Source of the DNA: a virus
Lineage: Duplodnaviria; Caudoviricetes
Direction: 5' to 3' (one strand)
Virus record (IMG/VR): IMGVR_UViG_3300020366_000001
Coordinates: 64,001 to 128,000 of that record
Length of the DNA stretch: 64,000 nt
This document shows, piece by piece, positions 29,424 through 41,400 of the stretch (position 1 is the first letter of the stretch; each line of letters opens with the position of its first letter). Under the pieces are notes generated by a model. That model made no database searches. It saw nothing but the letters and a program-made list of their open reading frames with translations, and was not told where the DNA came from. Made by a program: the position numbers and the translations under genes.

Positions 29424-32400
29424 TTAGAAAGTATTTGCGCTCATTACGATACTACCTTCAGGATATGCTTCTGTCAGATCTTCCAACCAGAAAGATCTAA
29501 TAGCGAAGTAATCGGAAGTAGCACCAGCGACGTTAACCTGATCGTAGTAGATACGTACAGCTTCGCCATTGGCAATGTCAGTTTGTATAGCAGCAGGAAT
29601 TGTTAATGTAGTAGTAGACCAATCCGCGCCATCAGAAGATGCGCTAGTCCAGAGTGCTCCTGCTTGTACATAACCACTAGTGGGAGTGTGGAGGAATACT
29701 CTCAAATCTTGATTTGGAAGTTCTCCACCGTTCACGTCATTACCTCTTATATATTCGGTGGTAATAGTCGTTCTTCCAGCAAATGCAGCAGTTGTTTCTG
29801 CTTGTGTAAATTGCCAGTAGATATGTCTATTAGCACCTGCAGTACCGCCTTGGAAAATATAATATTGCGTAGGACTTGCGAATAGAGTATTATTTCCAGT
29901 GCCAGCGCCTCCAGCGGTAAGAGAAACGTTCAATGTTTGAGCGGGAGTAAGATCTGAGAATCTAGCTCCTTGCTCGACATTATTAAGAGGATTAACTCTG
30001 GTAATTCCTACAAATCTATCCGTCATCGCTGAGGTGTAAGTCATTAACTCACACTTGTCAGTAGTGGTATTTCCGATAATAAACTGACCACCATTAGCAG
30101 GGAAACCCTTAGTGCTATTTACCAAGACAACATCGCCGCCAAATTGATTATCTAATAATAATGCTCTGGTTTGAGTAGAGAAGTGAATCTCAGAACCCTG
30201 CTGGAAATTAAATCTTGTTCTATCTCCATTATCTACAACTTGAGAGTTGGCAACATCAGGATTTTCAAAATCACCAATGGTTAGAAGCGGGAACAGATCA
30301 CTAAAGAATCCGATATCCATATCACCCATTGTGTAATTGATAGTTCTACCAGAAGCATCTTGGTAAGAACCTGCCAGTCCAGCAGCACTCTGATCTTGTG
30401 GTTGAATCTCAAACTTAAAGTCTTCGAGTTGCTTTAAGCGAGAACCAAGAGAATTAGTGGTATAGGTATCGTATCCGACCATATCAGGATTATTGTCAGC
30501 ACGCTTTTCAACAGAACCTGCGTTCATTGACAACTTAGTTTCAGTCTTCTTATGGGTAGTAATGGCACAAGTCAGACCCTGTACACCACCACTCATTTGA
30601 GACTGGGTAACTCTAGTTCCCTGATGAGCAATCTTAAGATCCTCTGGCGCAAGTTCAATAAGAATTTGCGGTTGAGGTTTCATTTCGATGTCATCAACAT
30701 CCAAGAGGTATTGATGCATCAGAGTAACTTGCTGAGACTTATTGACTAAGAATGCAGCGTGTCCAGCATTACCAAATACAATGATGTTTCCAACAGGCAG
30801 TTGAGAAGCAAAGCGGGACAGATCCCCACCTTTCTTAAAGACTTCGATGAAGGACAGAAGTCCTGCTCTGGAATCGATAGTGACAGGTTCAATACCGAAA
30901 GTCGTCAGATTTGTAATATCGAGAGGATCCTTGCGGATAATAAAGTATCCTCTAGTGAAGAGAATCTGGGGAGGAAGTTTATATCCAGAACCACCAGAAA
31001 CAATTTCTACATCGACAACTTCGCCACGTACCACCACAGCATTAGCACGAGCACCACCACCTGTAGGCGATCCAGTAGGATTGCCATTAGAGTCAACAAT
31101 TGGTGCCGTACGGAAGAGAATCTTGGGTGGTTCTCTATAGTCCTTAGAAATTTGTGGTTCTAAGAGATCATCATAGTCTGATGTAGCAAAATCGTACTCC
31201 TGACTAATATCGTTAGCGCTAGCATTAGCAGGGACAAATGCACCCCCAAGAAGATTTTCACCGTTACTCCAAACGTTGTCTTGTTTCCAGGTCTTGAATC
31301 TATCATAGTAGGCGCTATTATCTCGTTTAGAAACAACAACGGAATTAACACTACCCGCAGGCAAAACCTGTAATCCCGTTGATTCTGTACCCGCTACATT
31401 CTGAATATAGACTTTTTCACCTGATCTAAATGTAGTTAAATCGGGATTTGTGTAGGGGCTGCCATCGAGATGGTTACTGAAGAGTTCAATTGTCTTCCTG
31501 GCAGGGATATAATTCTTGACAGTAGCAGACCAAACAACGCCACTGTTCACATCGTTCTGATCGTTGTATTGGATCAGCACATCATTAGGTAGGTACTCAG
31601 AACCTGCGGCGCGTGCTGATGTTAAAGAATGGTAACGAAGTTCTGCTTCAATACGTGCAACTGCTTGCGCGTCTTGTCCTTCTCTTTGACCAGAATATGA
31701 ACCAACGTTCAGTACAACCTCATATTCATAAGATCTGAAGTACGATGACACCGTATTATCAGAATCATAACCAGAAGTCACCAACGCCTCTTTAGCAGCA
31801 CGAATAATGCTACGAGTATCTGCCTCACCATCAATCTGAATTAGATCTCCAGGTTTCAGGTTAGACTTAATTCTATCCTGTCTATTGAATAGTTTTTCGC
31901 GAAGATCATCATCAACAGTTTCTTCCACGGATAGAATATTGACATCTAATATGGATGCAGAAGAACCTCTATCCCTAGTGAAACTAAGAACACCACCTTC
32001 CCAGTTAATTTTCTGTCCAGTAACATTCTCAACGAAAATTAAATTCTGCTGTCCAGGAGTCCAGGACTGCTTGTAGCATCTACCTCTAGAGAATGACTGA
32101 ACATAAGGATATGCAACGCCATTAGCATCTGTAGAAACCCAAACATTTGCTCCTTCTACTGGCAGCACCACTTGCTGGTCAACAGTCAGTTTGAAGAACT
32201 TACTAAACGTACCAGGAGGTTCAATATTATATCCAAGCAGAATACGCTGAGGATCTAAACCGAAGAAGTACAGAACGAAGCAGTTAGATCCTGCAGCAGG
32301 TGCTTCATTGAAAACGATAATATTATCTTCGACACGATAAGCATTTTTGTTTTGCTGAATAACACCATTCAAGATAATGATGATATTTTGACTTCTTTCA

Positions 32401-35400
32401 GCGTAGAATGGAACGCCATTACGCTCCAATTCAAAAATAGTTTGTGCATCATTAAACTGATCTTCAATACTATCCAGTTTATAGAACTTACCTTGCTTAA
32501 ATCCAAAGAACTTCTGTTGAGTACCAGGGGCAATCACACTGGTGCTTTGAATAGTTGTAGTAGCAAGAGATGCTTCGCTCTGAATATCTTCACCGCTAAC
32601 AAATTCTTTCTTAGTCATCTCAACCTGAATGCGGTTGGGATTGGGGAAATCTTCAGTAACTGATAGCAAATGATTCTCACCCTCAAATGCTGCCTTTCTA
32701 ATAGTGTTTAGAACAATCTCAAACAGCACATTGACAGCAGATTCTACCTGTGCACAATATGGATTTGCACCATAATCGACAGTAATTGTAAGATCTCTGT
32801 TGGCGGGAAGAGGACTATGAACAATAGGCCAGTATTCGGGAATAGTTCTGGTGTAAGTGGTCTCGAAAGTATCGGGGTTCTGAATAGCACCACCAACAAT
32901 ATCCACCAGAGTATTAATTGTGGATTCTACAACTGCGCACTCATTCGTTTCAACAGTAATGCTGTTATCAACGATCTGAGTGATTCCGTGGGTACCAACA
33001 GGTGTGATAATGTTGTTGCGAATGATATCAGCAGCGAGAGTTTTGACATTGTTGAATACAGTGAGGGTTTCAGTTACTTTTTGGGTAATATGATTCAGGA
33101 AACCATCTCTATCGACATAGAGATCTGCCGCATCATAGACTTTGTTATTACCACCGTATTTTATGTTAAAGATGATAGCGTTCACCATATCCTTAACATC
33201 ATCGACACAATCGTCAGCACTTCCAGGAGAAGATGCACGAGGATATGATTTAATGCTGCCACTACCTTGAGCTACTCCAACGTTGATTGTGATAGTTGTA
33301 GCAGTTACAGCTGTGATTGCTTCAGCAACACCTGATGATGGGTCTGTTGCACGTGGATAACTGTGGTTCGTTGCGTGATTATCAGCATCACAAGTAAATG
33401 TAACACCGTTATCAGCAATAGTAACTGTATTTGAAGTTGTTAAACTATGGGATCCAATCTCAAGAACCATATCTCCAGTTAAAGGATCATATGTTGTTCC
33501 AGCTGCAGCTGTAAATGTTCCTGATGCTCCACCGCCAGCAGTAATTGCATTTCCAACACCACTTACGAAAATATGAGTTCCAGTTCCATAATTGCAGTTG
33601 AATGAGATACCATTTGCCAACAGTTTGACGCTAGTTCCCTCTGCAAGAGTGTGAGTGCCGATATCCAGCATCATCATTCCAGTCAGAGGATCATATGTAC
33701 CATTGGTAGGTGTGAAGGTTACTTCAGGAGAAGCACCAACGTTAACTGTGAAGGTATCGCCAGCAACAGCGGTGATTGCCAATGCCTGCCCAGAAGCAGG
33801 ATCAGTAGAACGAGGATAAGAATGCGGTGTAGCATTCTGATCCATCGTGCATCTAAAGGTAAATGCATTATCTGCGATAGTAATTGTATCGCTAGTTGTC
33901 AAAGTGTGACCAACAACCGTAATTACGAAGTCACCTGTTGTAGGATCGTAAGAAGCATTAGTTGGAGACAGAATAGGACCAGAAGTTACCTGAATAGAAT
34001 TTGTATCTGCCTCTTGGAATGTATGAGTATAATTGCCACCAGTAATAACAGCATTATTGAGTGCACTATCAAAAGTGTGAGTGGCAGGAGAATCAGATTT
34101 GCCAACATCCAAAGTAATGGTTGTGGCAGTAGCGCTGATAATAGGAAGAGCAGTATTGAATGCAGGGTCAGCAATCGTGCCACCTGCGTCAAGCATTCTT
34201 GCAACTGCTTCTTCTGCTATTAGCGCCACGTTAGAAGACAGAAGAGAAGCAGCGTCAATATAGGTATTCCCAACACTGTTCGTGGTGTGGAAAGGATCAT
34301 TATACTTACCAACACTATTAGCAGCAGCACTAACGAACGTGTGGTCGTACTGTTGTCCTGCAGGGCTTGCGCCAACGTTGACAGTAATGGTGTCACTAGT
34401 AACCGAAAGAATGTCGATGATCCTATTATAGTAAGGATCTGTCGTTCTGGGATAAGAATGCGGTGTAGCGTGGTTGTCTTGTGAGCAAGTGAAGACTAAA
34501 CTGTTAGCAGCAAATGCAATGTAGTCATTTGCAGTCAAACCGTGATCAGCAATGGTCAACGTCATATTGCCACTGGTGGATTCATAACTGATGTCAGTAG
34601 GTTGCATTGCAAACGTAACATCATTATATCTCTCAGTGTAAGTTAAATGATCGATGCCGAACTTATTGCGCAGCGAAAGGAATGTCATATCCCTAAGGTA
34701 ACGCATTGACCAGAGAGTTGCCTCAACCTCACCTTCAATATGTTTGATGGTGCCAGTAGACGCAGAAGGATCAATTAGATACTCAGATGCTGCGGCATAG
34801 GTGTTTGCGTTTCCACCAAGTCGTAAATCCTGTGCAATAGACTTAAGAACAGATTTGAGATCAGTAATACATTGGTTTCTGCCAAGTCCAGGATATGTAA
34901 ATCCGTTTTCGACACTAAATGCAGTGGTTGCATCCAGAATACCGACTGCTTCTTCTGCCAAAACAGCAGAGTTGTTATCAACAATGTCTCCAGCATCTAA
35001 GAATCGGTGATCTTGGAAATAACGCTTAGCAACAATCTCGCCACGTGCACCAGTTGTCTGTCCAACCACATAATCATTAACTAACCAATTGGTAGCATCC
35101 TGAATATCAAGTTCGACAATTTTACCAACCTGTCTAGGTGGTTCTGTAAATTTAACTTTACCAGCACCACCAGCAACTAACTCATATGCAACTCCAGGTT
35201 CTTGAATAACACCATCAAGGGAGATGTGAAGGTGATCTCCATCTAAAACAGGAATACCAAGATCGAATTCCGTAGTAGTACCATCAAAAAGACTGGTGAG
35301 GTTATTTGCTTCCAGCAAATATTGAGAATTCAAAGAGTCATCTTGGAACTTAATCGATTTGCCGTAGAATGTTACGCCAGGAACAAAGATTCCAGTCTTA

Positions 35401-38400
35401 GGATCAATATGAGGTCCAATAGGTGGAGTTGCAAATGTAATCGTGCTACCACTTACTGTATATGCAGTATTTGGATCTTGCAGCACACCATCCAAGGTTA
35501 CAATCAATTGATTGGCATTAAATGGAATGAGAACTTCGTTAATACCTTCTTTAAACAAAGTAAACTGGGTTGTGCCAGTTACCGTACCGTCTGTTTGGAA
35601 CGAACCATCAAATCCAGGAGATAGAGCAAGGTCAAATACCTCAATCTCAACATTATTCTGTTCGCTATAGTTAATACTACCCAGACCACGTTGTTTCTGG
35701 AATGAATCAACTCTAACGTGAGATTGTGTAATCTTTCTGGACTTATGTTGTGCAGTGCAACCAAGAACTCCAGGTTCGATGACACTCATAACAGCACCGA
35801 AACCATTATCCTTCGTACCAGACTGAGGTGTGTCAATAGTTTCAGGTTTTCTGGCATTGCCAAAAGATTCAATCAGAACTTCGCCAAACAGGTTGAATCC
35901 TGCAGGGTGAGTGAATTTTTTAACAAAATCTCTCCAATCGTTAATAGAAACGGTGGATTTGACCACATAAGAATAATCTTGATAATAAACTCCATCCTGA
36001 AGTTTCTGCGACACAGCGCTCAGTTTACTGCGGTCACTGCCGTAACTACCAACAGAAGTAGATGTGGAGTCAATTTTAGGAGTAATATTGGCAACGTAAA
36101 TCTTTTGAATGTTTGCCGTACTTAAAAGCGACTTACCAGTGATAGGTCTATCGCCAACAAACTTACCAGTGACACTTTTCAGTCTTAAGATGTTTTGACC
36201 GTCAACCCAATAATCAACACGACCCGTAGCAATCAATTGTTGATCACCGTCGCGTTGCTCAATTAATTCGCCATTTAAGAATGCCTTATCAGGCATATCT
36301 CTCAATGTCATCACAATAGGAGGATTGACCTGAGGAAGCAGCGTAGGATCATTATTGAAGTCTTTACCCGAAGAAATAATCTCCAGAGTTGCTAATCTAC
36401 CAATATCTTCGCCGTGAGCAAATAATTTGTTATCTGACTCGTAAAGACGCAATACAGTGTCTTCGCTGTAATTGGTTCCTTCATTAGTAGGAACAATACG
36501 AGAAACAGACCCATCTGCTCTCAATTCAACGTTGAATTGCGCATTGACACCAGATCCAGTGTTTTCCAACAAAACAATGGGTTTAGAGTAATTTAATCCA
36601 GTATCCTCAACAGTAACCGAAGTAATTCTTCCCTCTTGAATTAATGGTTTGAAAGAACCTCTAAAACGCTTGTTTAAGAAGACACCAGGCAGAATAGGAG
36701 GAATAGTATAGTTTTTACCGCCACTAATGACTTTTACGCTTCTAATCGAACCAATAGCGTATAAAGAATCGGTATAATACTGAACATTAGTAAATCCTTC
36801 TTGCTGAGGAGTATATGGCAGTCTGTAAGCAAATTCGTACTCATATCCATAGAATACAGGATGTTTGCCTGCAAATGGGTCTTCAATCAGAGTAAAGAAC
36901 TGATCTTCGGCATTAATTAGTCCAACTGACTCGCCATAGTAAATTTTTGGCGGAATATCGAGCACAGGTGCAGATTTCCAAGTATTTCCGTCAATTGGAA
37001 TTCCATAACCCAATTGGAAGGTAGTAAATGAATTATTAGTGCCTGGTTTCGCTAAAGACTGATATGCTTGATTTAAAGTCTGCGTACGATAAACATTATT
37101 GTAGAATGTAAGGTTTCTGCCAAGCAGAGACTGATCGCTAGTGTCAAAAATGTACTGATAGGTTCTTTGAACATCTAAAGCGATATTTTTCTTCCATTCA
37201 GAATCTCCATCTTTACGGAAACGGAATCTGAGATCAGAAGCGCTAACACTGGTAATTATTACCTGTTTTCCAGGAGTACTCTCATCAGTGAAGGTTGATG
37301 TGGAAGTAATTTCCGTATCATTCTCATTAATGTAATATACGGTTAAAATGTTGGTGGTTGGGTTGTAAGAGTCAACATATGCAACATTTCCAGAGAAATT
37401 AATCGCACTATCTTTATTAAACCTATAATCTCTAGTAATTAGAGTTACAGGGATATCATCGATGTGATCTACAACTTCAGTATCGTTATATCCGCGCTGA
37501 ACCTGTAACGTATTACCAGCAACCGCAGTAACAAGTAATTCTTCATCAGTAATACGAATTACATCTTGTTCGGATATCTTAAGGCTACTATCAACGATAA
37601 CTTGAGTATCGTCTCTGCCCATACCAGCTGCATCGACAAAGAATTTTGCTTCATTGGATCCAACATTACCGCCTAGGTTTCCAATAGCAGTAGTAAGAAT
37701 ATCGCCATACTTATAACCAGATCCCTTACTACCAACAACAATAGAGACAACTCTACCATCTGCATTGGTTGTGACATTACCAGTAGCAGAAGTACCGCTA
37801 CCAGTACTAGATGTTAAAGGAACGTTGTTAAATGTAGTGCTAGGAGTAAATCCAGAACCTGCATTAACAACATCTAAACGTGCAACGCCACTATCGTTAA
37901 TAGCAGTAGAAGCATCAATCTCAGTTACAGCAATATCTTGGTACTTCTTAGTTTGTACAAAATATTTTTGAGTGGAGATGGAAGAATTGGGTTCTACCGT
38001 AACAATGACATCATCACCAACAGCAAGACCGTGAACTTTGTCTTGAGTACGCAGAACTGCGATATTATCCTCAACGTCCAAAAGTTTAAATCCTTTAGAC
38101 AGAGAATTAACATCAACAATAGTTGCAGATGCTAAACCAAGAGCAACACCGTCACCTACACTAAAATATCCATATTGACTGTACTGATCTCTCGGAAGAG
38201 TAATAGTATTGCCATCAGTATCAGTGCTAGTTTGTTCTGTTGGGTTGGCAAATTTAAGTTCGACAATAACAGTGTTTTTATCGAATACGTTTCTAATAAC
38301 TTTACCGATTGCTTTTTCGTGAGCAACACCACCAGATTGTGCTGAGAAAACAACCTCATCTCCAATATCAGCAACAACCGTGCCATCAAACGTCAAATTA

Positions 38401-41400
38401 TAGATCTCAGTGTCAGAATCTACGGCATCAGTAAGATTAAACGTTCCGCTAACATTTTTGACAACAAATTTATCACCTTCCTCAATGACACCAATCACAG
38501 AAGCAGTTGCACCACTGTTTTGCTGTGTAATGGTTGCTTCGTGATTAATAAAGACAGGTTTATCTGTAATGAGGTAATTATTCTTAGGAGAATTGCAGGA
38601 AAGTGAAGCAACAGTGTGACCTTGAATTTCATTTACTGCAGCAAACAATCCATCACCAGTTTCAGTCGTTTTTGTATCGACATAGATGACATCTTCATTA
38701 GTATAGTTGCCTGAAGAACTGTGCACCTCAATATTAGTCACAGGACCATATTGAACACCACTAATACGAGAAGTAAGCAGTTCACCAGTGTCTACATTAG
38801 CAGCAACTCTGCGTCTGCGAACATCATCAGGCAAATAATTCTGCCTAGACTTAGGTTTCCAGTTTTCTTCAATTGGGAGGTTATAATATGCATCGCCAAT
38901 CGTATATGGATATGCAGGCGCGTCAAGACTGTCAGTAGTGCAGAAATATGCATAAGTTCCATTCGGGAACTCTGGTGTGGTGCAGAAACGTCCGTTATTG
39001 GCGTCCAGATCGCCTAGACGGGCGACATACTCATAGTCATTACAAAATGTACCTAATGAGTATTGCGTCTCGCTAGGAGCGTCTGTACCTCGTGTTGACT
39101 TAAGACGCCAGCTCGAAGACATCCGTGCAATAGAAGCATTTGAAGCGTAGACATCTTGATATGGATCTTGATAGCCAAAAGAACCATAGATCGGGTTACC
39201 ATCGTATGCCCATCCTAGAATTGGTGAGTGTGACTTATTAGTAAGGGGGTTACCCTGACTATCCACATTATCACTCCTAGAAATCTTAAGTGAAGTAGGA
39301 GGGATAATATGACCATATGCCAGACCATATCTGGCATCACTAGAATTAAAGACAACACCAGCAGAGTTGGAGTTATCAATGCTATTATAGAGATATGAAT
39401 TATACTTCCAACGCACTAATTCGCTAGTTCCCTCAGCAGTGCGCATCGTAGGCGCTAAGACAACCGTTGTAGTTTCTAATTGGTAATCAAATCCACCAGA
39501 GAGTTTGGTGAATCCCGTAATCTGACCAGTAGCGGTGTCAATCTGGCAAGTAAACAGTGCACCTCTACCTTTTCCGCTAGCATCGGAAATAACCACCATA
39601 GGTGGTTCTGTATAGTTCTGACCAGGATCGATAACGGTTGCAGTTTGATCAATATCAAGGTAAATGTTCTCAATTTGTCCTTGAGAAATCGTGTGAGTAA
39701 TCTGACCACCAGAACCAGAAGTAAAAGTGACATTTGGAGCGGTAGAGTATCCAGAACCAGGATCTGTGATGGTTACAGTGTCAACTTGACCAGAACCGTT
39801 AATTGTGCAAGTTGCAGTTGCATTACCCTCAATAATAACCTTAGGAGGTGCTGTATATCGCGCACCAGTGTTAGTAATATTGATTTTAGTAAGTGCACCA
39901 AAATCAATGCCATCTACAGACTTGTGGTTAATGATAGGAACACCATTAACGTACAATCCAATATCTTCACTGTCGGTATATTGAATAGTAGATGCTTCCA
40001 GAGGTTTTCTCGGGAAAATCTTCAAATGTTGCTGATCTTGAGGAATTGCAATGTTGTCAAAAGGTCCAATGGCGTATTCTGGGAAACCAGAAGACGCAAT
40101 GAAGTAATTTTCTCTATCTCTGTAGATCGCTTGGACATTTGACAACACAGTATTCTTAATACTGTTAGAACCCAAGTTAGTTGGGTCAAATCCAGTTAGT
40201 TTAGTGGCACTTTCGTTAATAATCCACTCATTAGTTAAAGGAGTGGAATCATAAAACCCAGAAGTCGAAAATTCGACCATATTGTCGAAAGTGACATAAG
40301 GAATGCCACCTGCATCCACATCAAAGTAATTTTGTGCGGTAGGATCGTATTCCAGACCAGCAGACAACTCACCTTCGATGCCAGTAGATGCTAATGACGC
40401 AATCAAACCGTAAATTCGTAAATTTACAGTCTGTTCAATATTATTTTCGTCTAAGTAAACGCCAGCAAGATTATTTTTCGTAAAACAGCGAACTCCCTTC
40501 TTATGAGCAAACTGTCTTTTGTTTTCAACGCCTGCATCACGCTCGTGAATGACAAATTGGGTTGCAGTCTTGCTGCTATACGTAATTTGCTCTTCTCCAA
40601 TCAAGACTCGTCCGTCTTGCTCTGGGAATCCAACTGTAGAGAACACATCGATTCGATCTCCACGACCAGCATTGGGAGAAAGGTCGGTCATTAAGAATGA
40701 ACGACGTGCAATAGCAAATTGACCCTCTTTACTGCCAGGAGAGATGGTCAGTGTGTACTGTAGACTGCCTTGATATGGTTCACCGACAATATTGTCGATA
40801 ATTGCGCTGGCAGGAGTAAGTTCTGGGTTATATGGGTCGGGAGTTTGTCTAATTTCGTTACCAACGATCTTTCTGATGTCACCATCGATAACTTCGACCA
40901 CCAAAAGTTCTTTACTGTTCCATCCAGACTCCGAACTTTTGAAAACACTCTCTTTAGGGTAGAAAATGTCAGGTTTGACACTAAACAGCATCTGGAAAAT
41001 AAATTCCAGTGACTGGGGAGTACCTTTTACGTTATAGAAGTCACGAATCTTCTTAACGAGTAAGTTTTTGTTGGTTTCGTCTCTAAGGTACTGATATGGG
41101 AAACCAGAAGTATATTGCTCTTCGTAATTCTTGATTAAACCAGCAAGCAACAGGTTGCTCAGATTATTAATCTCCGCAAATTGCTTATGGACTTGTGGGT
41201 TAGTCTCTTCGTAAGTTAAATCGTTATATAAATCGCCAAGTTTTGTCTTTGCGCTATATCCACGGATAGCATTTTTAAAAACATTACCTTCTACACGTTC
41301 ATACAAGAAAATTTCCTGGTCAATCATAATAAGACCATTCCTTCTAGGGAATCCATCGGTCTTATTCGCCAGGATGTCAATTTTTGTTGTTCCGAGTGGA

